A stretch of DNA of 64,000 nt from Schizochytrium sp. TIO01 (taxonomy: Eukaryota; Protista; Bigyra: Labyrinthulomycetes): assembly GCA_004764695.1 (NCBI GenBank), contig SMSO01000004.1, positions 372,001 to 436,000 on the forward strand. The letters are read 5' to 3'. The notes under the pieces were generated by a model, which was given only the letters and a program-made list of their open reading frames with translations, made no database searches and was not told the DNA's origin. Below are positions 23,141 through 34,463 of the stretch, one piece after another. Numbering within the stretch: position 1 is the first letter of the stretch; every line of letters begins with the position of its first letter. A program made the translations under genes and the position numbers.

Positions 23141-24601
23141 TCAATTGGAATCTACAGCTGCCTCAGCAGTAGATGATGCAACTGAAGCAGTGGCAGCAGC
23201 AGCAGCGGCAGCAGCAGCGGCAGCAGCAGCAGCTGCTGCAGTAGCAGCGCTATTGTTTCCGCCTGCCTGAGCACTTGCGATGCTAGCAAGCCAGTCCAGA
23301 TCACTCAAGGTGCTGGACAATACGTTTGTGCCATGCGCTGTGGGCGTACCCGCAAGCATGGTCTTTTGAAAAGTTCCCATCGAAAACCCATGAGCTTGAC
23401 CCACAATTCCATTCAAGAGCTCAAGCTTGCTCTGGGGGGTATTGGCATGAGCAGCTAGAGCAGTGAGTGGTCCAACACACAGGTTTGTATTTTTGTCAGA
23501 ATCATTTGGGAGTCCTCCAAAGTTTGTTAAAGGAGCTACCACACCAGCCTGCTGTGCCAACTTGGCAAATGTTTCAATATTGAGAGCAGGCACGGAGGGA
23601 AGCCCTGTGACGAAGGTGTCGATCTTAAGCTTCTTGGATGAAGGCTCAGCAGAGTTACTAGATGAGGAAGAAGACGAAGTCGTGGAAAACTCACTCCTGG
23701 CATCAGTATCAATCCCTCCAGAAAGCAATGAAGATGAAGATGAGTTTGAGAGCTGAGAAATGAGAGACATCAAAGAAGCAGCGCGGCGCTTTCCGAGAGA
23801 AGTAGCCATGGGGGATGAAGACGTCGCAGAAAATGCCGCAAGAGCTTGGGCTGTTGACATACCAGCTGCAGACAAGGAAGAAGCGGCGTTCACCCCGAGC
23901 ATCTCTGCGCGTGGTGTGCCGGTGTTGGTAGCACGAGGTGTGTTGTTAGTGCTGCCATTGCTGTAGCTGCTGGTGAAACCCTTTGAAAATGCACGAGGAG
24001 TTCCGCGAGCCACGGCACCACAGTCAAGAGCAAGCTTAGCATTCCAACGATTCTTTACCGCATTCTCGGTACGACCCGGAAGCTCCCGAGCAATAGCCGC
24101 CCATTTGTTACCAAGCTCGGTGCGTAGTTTCACAATGAGCTGGTCTTCCTCAATCGACCAAGGTTCCTTATTTACATCAGGCTTAAGATGATTATGCCAA
24201 CGTTCACGACACTGTTTCCCATTACGACCTGGAACAAGCTTCGAAACTCGTGACCATTTACCACTGCCAAATTGCTTAAGTGCTGTCTGTAAAAGATCGT
24301 CCTCCTCCGGGCTCCATGCACCCTTTTTGATGGTCGGGTTTAGAACCTTTTGCCAACGATGCGCACACTGAGCACGGGTTCTGTTTGGGAGAGCAGACGC
24401 TACAGATTTCCAGTTCTTGCCCTTGAAGCGAGCCACGGCTTCACGCAGAATCTCGTCCTCCTCGGCGGTCCATGGGATACGGCTGCCACCTGGTGTGCCC
24501 GGGGTCATCGGCGTGGCGGGCGCATTAATAGTCATATTCAGATCACCCATGTTCAGCCCTGTAAGGTTATCAAGAAATGCTTGCTTGCTTGATTTTGTCA
24601 T
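23141..24601 (-). CDS. R1R2R3 (3R) MYB transcription factor, 486 aa
   Basis: Three Myb repeats: WTAEED..W..QCAHRW, WSPEED..W..GKQCRERWHNHL and WSIEED..GNKWAAIA..GRTENAVKNRWN. Ser-rich region and poly-Ala C-terminus. Confidence 0.95.
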   Translation of the reverse strand: MTKSSKQAFLDNLTGLNMGDLNMTINAPATPMTPGTPGGSRIPWTAEEDEILREAVARFKGKNWKSVASALPNRTRAQCAHRWQKVLNPTIKKGAWSPEEDDLLQTALKQFGSGKWSRVSKLVPGRNGKQCRERWHNHLKPDVNKEPWSIEEDQLIVKLRTELGNKWAAIARELPGRTENAVKNRWNAKLALDCGAVARGTPRAFSKGFTSSYSNGSTNNTPRATNTGTPRAEMLGVNAASSLSAAGMSTAQALAAFSATSSSPMATSLGKRRAASLMSLISQLSNSSSSSLLSGGIDTDARSEFSTTSSSSSSSNSAEPSSKKLKIDTFVTGLPSVPALNIETFAKLAQQAGVVAPLTNFGGLPNDSDKNTNLCVGPLTALAAHANTPQSKLELLNGIVGQAHGFSMGTFQKTMLAGTPTAHGTNVLSSTLSDLDWLASIASAQAGGNNSAATAAAAAAAAAAAAAAAATASVASSTAEAAVDSN

Positions 24602-27600
24602 TGTGAGATTCCGTTTCTCTGTCTATCTAGTTTGGTATAATTTCACAATAAAAATCTCTTCGTGTGCCTTACTTAACTCCGGGTTCTGATGGAGGAGCTA
24701 TACTAAAGTAATCGAAACAAGATAATCGAGAGAGATATTAAGAGTTTAGTGTACTGAAATGTCTTCAGCACTTCAAGCTTAGAGAATCAGTATGTTCACA
24801 GCACCCGAGTTATTACGACGAAGCCACAAGCCGGCAAAGTTGCTCGCCGATTTAGGCAATGCACGCGACAGCTTCGTTGGGTTGCGTTTAACCTGTGTTG
24901 ATTGGATTCTGTGATTGCGATTTGCTCGCTTGCGTGTGATCCTCGAATCTATTTATCTATCTTTTTGGTTCTTTGGTTGGTGATGGCTAACGATTGATCT
25001 TTGTTTTCTCGCACTTTTTTTGCCCTATCACAATTACTGTTTTACGTTCTCTTTATTATATTCTCAAGAAATTAAAACTACTGTTGCTACTGACTATATT
25101 CTTCCATTTCCTGCACGTGACTAGGCTTAGAGGCTTCTAGTCTGCATGGACGCTATTTTTGTTACTGACTTTGCTGTATGGTTAGATCAACCGGTCGTTT
25201 ACCTGATCTATCACCTCTTTCTACTATGGAAGGTAACCTAACTTTGCTAACTCCTCAATTTTTACCCGCTGCTAGTCGTTTGACCTGGAGCGGCAACTTC
25301 CTCGCCTAAAATTAATTAGCAGTAGTTGATGATCGGATCAATTCGTACTCTATACTATGTAATATGGCAAGGGAGGATACAGCGTTGGTACACACCTTCG
25401 CTGCTGGCTAATAACTAACAAACGCTAATTTTATCCAACTCGAGGACGCGCGAAATGTTGTACCTCCTTCTATGTTGCCATTTCCCCTAGTTTATGTTAT
25501 TCCTTTCCAAAAATGAGGGAACTTATATGACGTTTATCGTTCACAATCATCTGCAGTTAGACTTCCTCTAAAACTTGCCACACTTTCTCCTTCTTCAAAT
25601 GATCTCATTACCTCATTGAAATCGTCAATATTAATTAGACGAATGATTACTTAATTCTTTTCTTTATTAATGCTTAAAAAAAGAAGAAACGCAAGCATCA
25701 TTTTGCCTCTAAGCAACGAGTTCGCACAAGATCCGCTCAAAGTAAGCTTGTGCTGGTTCTTTTCGAAGCTGGCCTCCTTCCCTATTTCATTGCAAGGATA
25801 TAGTAGACTTACCTGCTTAGCCAAGACTCCAACATATTAAAAACCAAATCAGCTCGCGATGCGCGGACCTCTTCTGAGCATCTAATATATCGCAGTATCC
25901 GGTCATCTCAATCTCTCTTTATATCTTTTTTTTTTTTTTTTTTTTTTTCCTTTTTCCCATCGCGTGCCTCGTCAAGTGTCCGTTGGCTATCTGCAACCCA
26001 AGGCTTCTAAGGAGGCCAATAAAAGGAGGTATTTACTCGAGTTACAGATATGCTTATAACGAGCGGTTGATCGAACCGTTCGCACGTTTTTAACTTTTCA
26101 TATTTACATACTTCCATGTTTAGTCTGCTCCATAATCGCGCCCGCGTTCGTGGGCGACGTTGAGTCAGAATTTTGCTCTTCATACGTTGTCTACCTAATG
26201 CAAGTTGACGTCCATCGCAGGGTGCAAGGTACGTGAATCTGATCAAAAATTCGATACAGGTCAGAAGATAAAGAAGGTGATTTCAGGATGTCATTTGTAG
26301 CAAAGTATAACAAAATTTCAAGACTTGTTTGAATCAAATTGTGCTAGGAAGCGATGCATGGGGCAAACACTTTAGTACGAACGATTTCCCATCTCCCGCG
26401 CCATACATAATAAATCAGCTCAAATAACAGCTCCCTTAGCTGACATAAATTAGGAATATAAAACATGATTTACTAAGAAACTGAAAAGGAGAGTGTGCTC
26501 ATACATTAGATTGAACGCGCATGCCACTAGCGGATCTCGGTATCTGAAACTTTGCTTATTAACAGCGCGTGTTCAACGCACTGCTAGTGTGAACGTATGC
26601 ATCCTACAATTCTGAGATTTTTACATTCGCTTAAATCTTGACCTTGCATTGCTGCCCTTTAGGTGAATAGGTTAATTTTCGCTTGCTATCTTAAGCAATT
26701 CGTTCCCGCCGTTGAATTGTGAAGATTTCTGCATTGCCTTTCTTGTTTCAGTAGGCGAAATGTTACATAATCACTAGAGATTGAGACAACGACATCGAAT
26801 GCAGGGTTTTGCATAGCGGGACTCGGTGGCCTATTTAGCAGTATTCTTCCCCAGTCCTTGTGTGTTTTGGTGGATCCACAGGAAAGAAAAAATATTGCCG
26901 TTCACGGCCCACCTTTTTCTTCTTCTTCTTCCACTTGCGATGCTGTTCCCCTTTTAGCGTTAGCAAGTACATACGCAGTGCATTGCATCCACCAAGGAAT
27001 TAACGCCATTGGCCATCTTGGAGATATTGGTGTGCGATCATGACAAGCTTAGGCACACAGCAGCCGCGCGTTAAAATCTGGAGTGGCAGCAGCCGAGTGC
27101 AACAACAATTTGTCGGTGCGAAGTGGGTAGAGTTCTTGATATAGTGCAAGAAACGAGGGCCTTGCACTATACGAACACACATTTAGCTCCAAGACGAAGA
27201 TGTTGACTATGATAACAATAAGATTTTATAAGATAGAAAATAACGTCATGATGCGGTAGTTAAGTTCGTTCAAAGGAAGCTTCGGACAGCTCTAACGCTT
27301 ATCTTCTGGTGTGTGTAGATTGTATTAGGTAACTCCTACGATAAATTCTTTGCACGCTTGCGCAATGCTGGAATATCCTCAAGATAGCTGCAGCCTACGA
27401 TGATAGTACATAGAATATTTTTCTTTGCGTTGGCAGGATGATGTAGAAATCTTATACTAGTCTCACTTTCTTGCTAGTATTGATCAAAATTTTATCTATA
27501 CAGACAAAAAACGCATCTCAGGGATACATGATACGAAATAGTAGAGTAGCACTTTGACCTGTTTGGAAACTCTAGCAACTACTGTCCGACATGCTATTCA

Positions 27601-27743
27601 TATATTCATAGAAATACATGACAATTGAGATTTTTTTACTTGTTTTTTTGTCTTGTACTTTTTCTCAACAGAAGTTTGATCTATGAGCCTTCAACGCATC
27701 GACCACTTCATCCAATACTTGGACCTGATCAGCATTGGGAATA

Positions 27744-30700
27744 TCAGCAATCTTTGCAATAAGTTCTTGCGCGAGCGAATTGACCAAAGCTCTTATTAGA
27801 ACTAATAGAACCCTTGGTATCACTATTATCAGAAATCTGCGAGATATTAGTCTCCACGGTATTTTCTGATTCATAGTGTGTATTAGTCGTTGGGGTCACT
27901 GAGGACGGCAGCAGAGGAACACCTGTAGACAATGGAGAAATAGAGCAGGCAGTCACAGTAGTAGCAGCATCAACCTTTGTGGTAGATGTAAGCGCAGTAT
28001 CATTTGAAGAAGCTGGAAAGGAGGAAGTTGTGGTCGCAGTTCGAGAAGAAGCTTGAGGTTGAAAGTAATGTTGAATTTTACTGCTGCTAATTTTACCTTT
28101 ATTAACACTTCCATGACCACTGTCGCTCAATGAGTTCTTGAGCTGTCCTTTGGATACATCTTTGGAGGAGTTAAGCGCAAGGTTTGAAGCAGATCCAGCA
28201 GTAGTCATGTCTTTTAGAGGCGGGCGTGCACTGCTACTATTTCCAGCCTGCTGCTCCTGACGAGTGTAGAAATCCCGCAAGGTCTGCGCAGTATAATCGA
28301 TCGGCATTGGAGGTTGTACAGTACCACGCATCCACTTGGGGAGGTTGCGTTGCACACTTGGCTTTTCAAATCGTGCATCCAGAAAGAGAACTGCGCCAAA
28401 ATCATTTTTATGACGAATCACTCGACCAAGGGCTTGGTTTAATGCACGATAAGCTTGTTGTTCATACCAATCTTGCCCAGTTAATACATATGTGCTTAGT
28501 GCAGTTGCCGGATTCGGCACATGGGACTGGATAATACTCCGTTGCTGCTTATCTTGATATTCTTTCTTCAACCGAATCCCAAGGTCGCGAGCGTTTGGAA
28601 ATGGTATACCACAGATGAAGACGGCACGTGCAGCTTTGTCTGAAAAATTGATACCCTCACTAAGCTTACCACGAAAGACCCCGAAAAATAAAGCACCACC
28701 GCCTTGATCAATCATCTTGCGAAACTTCTCTATTTGTTCGTCGAAGCCGCCACTGTTTGAAGAGTTGCCATCGTCCTCGTCAGCACGCTGGGCAGCTGAG
28801 CTTTCAACAAAAACCTGCGACTTGCAAGACAAGAAGCGCCGCCAAGTAGGTGTTTTACGCCAACGCTCAACACAAGTGCGCATAAAGGAATATGACGGGA
28901 AAAAACATAGCGCCCCATCCGGTACCTCTTCAAGAAGACGTGCAAGTGCGACGCCCAAGGCGTCTTGATACTCTAACTTCGATTTGTTTGCAAATGTGCC
29001 TTCCAACTTTACAAGTTGATTTGCGTTTCCACCTGAGCTGCCTGGTGCACATGCGCCAGACAGAACCCCGGTGAATAACTGCTTTCGCACATCAATAACG
29101 TGAGGAGCCTCCAACGTAAACTTGAATGGCGTCCCTAGTTCGCTGGCAAAAGACTTTAAAGGTGCCAGAGTACCGCTGGCGAGAATTACAGAGCGGCACT
29201 GTTTGGCTACAGGGTCAAAGGCAGCCGCTGCGTTCATACACCAAAAACAAATTTCTACTTGCTTGTCATGATTGTACTTGAACACGACACGATAGTCCTC
29301 CGCATAACGTTGGTCTTCCCCAAACATAAAAGTCAGCACGTTAAAGAAGCTCTCCAGAAGGCTACGGCTTAGTGGGGGCAATAGGCCATCGTCTCCCTCG
29401 GATTCACCCTCGGGGTCGTCTTCTGTGTCACCCGACTTGTTTGCCTCCTTGTCTGCCTTTATGATTTCATTGAATATACCTTGGAAAGTAGCAAGTGCAG
29501 CAGCGTCTAGACTACACTCCATCTCTAGTTGCATAAGTGCCTGGGTACCAGTTAGCACGGCTGGCTCCATATGAGCAGGCTTTGCTTGTCCTTCTGCCCA
29601 AACACATAATTTACTCGTCATGGCACCCAAGAGCTTGAATGAAGCTTGGACCTCAAGAGGCCCGTGCAGACTAAGATGTTCAAGTTCATCTCGGACGAGT
29701 TCAAGGCGAGCTAATGTTAGCTCTGAAGAAGCTGCACTACGGCAGACATCTGCAATATTATGTGCCTCATCGATGACTAGGACCGCTTGCTTCAAATCAA
29801 TGCACATGGCCTCGCGAACAAGAGGGTCAAACAAATAATTATACGGAGTGAAGACAAGATCTGCAGTTTCTGACATCTCCCGGCTTCCAAAATACGGACA
29901 ACATCGGACTCGCTTACCTGCTTGGACGAGGTCTTCGATGTCCCAGACAGTTTCGTGTAACGCTGCGCGAAGACGCATGGCTACATTGGGTTTATTATAT
30001 ATGCACCCAGGACCATTTGCTGAAAGTAAACGTCGGCACTCCTCGTTGCGCGCGGCTGCGGAGGCAAAGCGTCGCGCGCGCGTAATCTTGCCGTTGACGC
30101 AGTACTGGTTTCGGGAGCCAAGGATCGTCATGCTCGACCCTTGTGTTAATGCTTCTGGACACTGCCGCAATTCTGACGCAAGTTGCGCTAGTTGACTGTG
30201 TGTTCGAGAAGCAAAGTAGATCCTTGTACGTTTAGGCTGTTTTGGTTTTGCTCTCGCCGTTGCTGTAATGAACTCATCTATGCTACCGACATTAATCCTC
30301 ATAGACTCTGGTAGGCTCTCAGTCGCAATCTGGTGCCTTTGCCGTGCCCGTCGGCCGTGTACGGGGCAGTTTTCGTCCACCTGCGAGGAATTTCCTTCCG
30401 CTTTGCGGCGTTTTTGAGGTGTCGCCTTTTGCGTTGCCACCTTGTGCCCATCTAGAGTGTCAAAGTCGTCCATGTCATCCTCATCATCCATGTCTTCAAG
30501 ATCGCCATTTTCAACTCCGACATTGTTTGAAGGCTCGCTCTTCACCCCAAAATATTTGCTCTGCTTCGTTGGAGATATCTCAAGCTTATTCGGAGTGGTT
30601 GTCCTTGCACATGAACAAGCTCCTTCTCCAGACTTCCTCACTTTCGACGGCACTGACTGTTGATCTCCGCCAAGCTCTGCGTCCTCAGAATTCCGCATTT

Positions 30701-30983
30701 GAGCTTCGATCTCCGCTACCTCTGCATTAAATCTTTTCCAAGCCTCAGCGTTATCATATTGCTGCCACGACATTACGCCACACAGCATTGCCAGCGCTTT
30801 GCCGGTTCCTGTCGGTGACTCGAGAAGCGCGTTTTCACCTTGCCGCAGTGCGGAGAGCATCTTGGCCATGAGTGCCAGCTGCGTCGGAAAGGGCTTCTTT
30901 CCAAGTGGGAAGCGCACCGGCACCGATGCAATGCGCAGCTCATGGCCCTTTCCGACCTCACCCCCTCCATGAGGCCAGCCCAT
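27744..30983 (-). CDS. BRIP1: FANCJ/BRIP1-like XPD-family Fe-S DNA helicase, ~1079 aa
   Basis: Q motif PFPTQ, Walker A ESPTGTGK, ASRTHSQLAQ, four Fe-S Cys (YCVN, EECR, GCIY, CPYF), IDEAHN, ILASGTL, FFPSY, RGKLSEGINF and QALGRVIRHKNDFG. First in-frame ATG is at 30983. Confidence 0.92.
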   Translation of the reverse strand: MGWPHGGGEVGKGHELRIASVPVRFPLGKKPFPTQLALMAKMLSALRQGENALLESPTGTGKALAMLCGVMSWQQYDNAEAWKRFNAEVAEIEAQMRNSEDAELGGDQQSVPSKVRKSGEGACSCARTTTPNKLEISPTKQSKYFGVKSEPSNNVGVENGDLEDMDDEDDMDDFDTLDGHKVATQKATPQKRRKAEGNSSQVDENCPVHGRRARQRHQIATESLPESMRINVGSIDEFITATARAKPKQPKRTRIYFASRTHSQLAQLASELRQCPEALTQGSSMTILGSRNQYCVNGKITRARRFASAAARNEECRRLLSANGPGCIYNKPNVAMRLRAALHETVWDIEDLVQAGKRVRCCPYFGSREMSETADLVFTPYNYLFDPLVREAMCIDLKQAVLVIDEAHNIADVCRSAASSELTLARLELVRDELEHLSLHGPLEVQASFKLLGAMTSKLCVWAEGQAKPAHMEPAVLTGTQALMQLEMECSLDAAALATFQGIFNEIIKADKEANKSGDTEDDPEGESEGDDGLLPPLSRSLLESFFNVLTFMFGEDQRYAEDYRVVFKYNHDKQVEICFWCMNAAAAFDPVAKQCRSVILASGTLAPLKSFASELGTPFKFTLEAPHVIDVRKQLFTGVLSGACAPGSSGGNANQLVKLEGTFANKSKLEYQDALGVALARLLEEVPDGALCFFPSYSFMRTCVERWRKTPTWRRFLSCKSQVFVESSAAQRADEDDGNSSNSGGFDEQIEKFRKMIDQGGGALFFGVFRGKLSEGINFSDKAARAVFICGIPFPNARDLGIRLKKEYQDKQQRSIIQSHVPNPATALSTYVLTGQDWYEQQAYRALNQALGRVIRHKNDFGAVLFLDARFEKPSVQRNLPKWMRGTVQPPMPIDYTAQTLRDFYTRQEQQAGNSSSARPPLKDMTTAGSASNLALNSSKDVSKGQLKNSLSDSGHGSVNKGKISSSKIQHYFQPQASSRTATTTSSFPASSNDTALTSTTKVDAATTVTACSISPLSTGVPLLPSSVTPTTNTHYESENTVETNISQISDNSDTKGSISSNKSFGQFARARTYCKDC

Positions 30984-32956
30984 CACTGCAAGCAAGCCCT
31001 CTAGGCAGGATAAACGTTGATTTGCGATTTGCGTTCTGGTCTCACATAGGAGACACCAAAGAAGGCAAAAAACAGCAACAACACTTATAGAGAACAATTG
31101 GAACAGCGAAGAGACAAATCACTCCTAAAGAGATGGCTTTGGAGCTCTGCTCGTTCGACACGCGATTTTAGTCTAGTGAAGCTTTTCGTTCCAGGCTAGC
31201 GCCAAAGCTTGTTGAGAGCAATTCTTCCTCATATAGTCTCTGATGAAATCTGTCCATTACGAGTTGTCGAGAGTTGCGGAGAGCAGAGTGGTCATTACGA
31301 CGTAACGACGTCACAAGTGACTAGCCTGATATTAATAATAACACAGAAACACAGATGGGGAACGTATGTAGCAGTAAGAGAAGCTGGGACCAAACCCGTT
31401 ATAGAATCAGATTGTATCACAACAGCAGAATCACGTGGTAGGGAGGGGGTTGGTGGTGAGTAGGGCTAACGCGGCCAGGGCGGGGGAGTACTGATTTGGA
31501 GTGAGCATAAATATCAATTGAATATATCTTTTCTTTCATTGAATGATCTTCATTGCCTGTTTTGAGAATATGGGGAAACCCAAACCCGTGAAGAAGGGAA
31601 CGCATTACTTCAAAAGCTGCCTGGTCTGATAAGGAAAAGCAATAGGCAATCTTTGTGTAGCGCTGACCACCTCAATCGTTTCATCTGCATAAGAGTCATA
31701 CTCCCACTCGACTGATCCCATATATACTTTAAAGGTCGTATCTGCGTTTGCAATCTGACCCTGTCAGCGAGCTACTTCTCAATTTCGTTTCATCAATCAG
31801 GTGCTTCTGCAATGCTTTAATACCCCAAACCTTTTGTTCTAAAGAATGAAATTTTCCACTTTTACATAGGAATTAGGAATCGAGAAAATGGCTAACATGA
31901 ATACCCCCCCCCATCTCAAGGCCCAGCCTAGGTTTGTTTCACATTATCGGCCTGCAGCAAAGGAGGAGCACTCGCAAGGCTAACAACTCGCAACGACTCG
32001 CTTCAGTTTGCTAAATCTTCACCTCGCTTTGGTCAGAACTTGGTGCGACAACTTGACAGATATAGTAGTGAGATGCATGGTACTAGCGTCTGGCTTGGCT
32101 TTAGAAGGTGTGTACCGAGATCTCTGTTACTTGACTCGGTGAGTCAGCTCAAAGATCGCTCTTCGGGTTGGTGGGCTTCGTGCTGAGATCAAGGCATAGG
32201 AGTTGCTGCAGTGTTGTGCACTGCTCGAGGTCACCACCGTTCGGCTGCTGTTCGCGGATCTCCTGCCAAGCAAGAGGCCTCTGGCCCCGCCGAGATTAGC
32301 CAGCTTTCTTCCTCCTTGGGTAACTACTGACTAGGATTTCTGCCAATACGATCATCCCACTCGACTTCCAGGCCGTCCCAGACTCCAAGAATGTAAGCAA
32401 GGCGATCGCGAGCTAGCTGCCTGAGTGGCTATCATGAAAGTGCTCTCGAAGTTTGGAGCCGGGCGTCTACGCATCCCAACGAAGGGAGACCTCGATGCAT
32501 TCACTTGGAAGGGATCGAGCAAACCATGCAGGCCACCTTCGAGGCGCAGTCCGCGAAATTTGACAACAAACCCCATAGGCAGGCAGGTGCGTCTGTTCAT
32601 GGCATTCCAAATCCTGGCTATGCACGTGAGGGCATCCAAGATCTGCCCGAGTTGACCACGGGAGTTCCTACTTGCGTGAAGATCTCCAGGCCGGCTTTGA
32701 GCTCGAAACCAGCCTCAAGGTCGTTCTCAGGTGGCCCAGAACAGCGCTATTTGACAGCGCCACCACCAGCCACGTCCACCCCACAAGCCGAAAAGACTCT
32801 GCGGTGGTGATGCACGCCCAGATGCGAATTTCGAGACCTTGCGGCGCACGCAGGCAGATCCTGAGTGGGCCTCAATTGAAGTTTTGTCAACGATTTGTTC
32901 AACTTTCTGTTGTCTGCTGTCGCAAATCTCTGCTTTGCTTTGCTGTCGCAAATCAC

Positions 32957-33042
32957 TGCTTTGCTTTGCGTTGCGTTGCTTTGCGTTGCGTTGCGTTGCG
33001 TTGCGTTGCGTTGCGTTGCGTTGCGTTGCTTTGTTTTGCTTT
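32957..33042. repeat. (TTGCG)n/(TTGCT)n pentanucleotide microsatellite
   Basis: Directly visible. It generates the spurious ALRCV/NATQR ORFs. Confidence 0.95.
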
Positions 33043-34463
33043 GGCTCTCGCTGCGAGTTCTGGGAATGAGGTGTGCTGCAGACACTTGCTAGATTCGCCG
33101 CGATCTCAAAGCATTCCCGTGAACGCGCTGCTGTACCAGACAAATTGAGGCAGCCCTGGCGCGAATTCGAGCTCGTGGTGTCCGCACTTGCTAGCTGCAG
33201 CAGCAACCGCCACCACCAGAAGCAGCAGCGGCAGCAGCGAATGACTCCGGCCTTGGCCTCGATGTTGGCGATGGTTTGGTTGTAGAAGAGCAATAACGAA
33301 TGTGTAGAGGAGGACAATATTTGGCCAAAGTGATCGTTCATTTCTGCACTTCTGTGGGGCCAATCTTCGCGGCACTGAGATCACTGGCGAGGGCTCCTCG
33401 CCAGGGCTCAGCAGGCTTGGCAGTGGTGGTTTTTGCGGACGGCGGCCGGCATCGCGGAGGGTTGCCAGAGATCGCGCAGCTTTCTTTGGACTCGAGTCGA
33501 GTGAGCTCAGCTCAATCAGGAAAACAAAGAAAACAAAGAAATGAAAAGAAATGAAAAGAAAGAGGCAAAAGCAAAAAAGTCGCGACTAAAAGGAAAAAGA
33601 AAGGAACTGCGATACAGACAAGCAACGACTCGAGGCCCGGCACCTACCTGCCTGCCTGCCTGCCTGCCTGTCTACTGCAAGGCGCCTTCGCGCGATGCTT
33701 CTCCGCGCTTTCCATGGCCTCATTCGAGCCCCACGCTCCCATTGCCGCCACCGAAGCCTCGTTTCTAGTGCAGCGCATGTCGACCAATCTGTGAAAGAAT
33801 CTGCACGCGCCGACATCATTCATCCTCATAATACGAGTAGCGCTAGCTATGCGGATAGTGGTAACAGTAGGAGTCGGTGGAATCATGAATCAAAGTCCAT
33901 GAACATGGCGGCAGTAGTTTTGATGATCGCGCTCTGGGCCGATTTGCGTGCCGTTCAGAAAGGCGCAGGGTGCATATTGAAGTACTGTCCGTGAGCAGGG
34001 AACTTTCATTTTCTTTTCTTGTGCGGTTTTCCAAGAACGTCGAGATGAGAGGCTGGCTTGAGGATCGCTGGCGCCGATGCGATGAGCGGAATTGAATCAA
34101 TAATACTGAGCACACGGGTGCGAACAAAAATGTCAAAAAACAAAATGTAACAAAAAATAAGAGCAAAAATAGTGGTACGTATGAGGTACTTGTAGTGCCT
34201 AGCTAGGAGTCTATATAATCTTTAGACCACAAAGAAATGTAATTTGTGGGTCTCGAGGACCATTGACAGCCAAACCCGAATTGCGGCTGCAGCATAGAGG
34301 CAGGCCAGCTATCGAGGGCCGCCCTGGGCTTGACGTGCCTCGGTTAGCCCGGCTTTGACTCCTTTAGGTTGCGGAGGACTCAGGACGAAGCCGTTCCTTA
34401 AAATCGTCAATCTGTTACCCCGCGCTCACTGATACGTACATTGCAACTTTTGGGTCAGGGACT

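Noticed and set aside
16500-30983. CENP-O, 3R-MYB and FANCJ as a cell-cycle gene cluster
   Set aside because: They are interspersed with unrelated genes in mixed orientations, and there is no sequence evidence of co-regulation.
32672-33341. Cluster of ORFs with ALRCV/NATQR repeats
   Set aside because: Translations of a pentanucleotide microsatellite.
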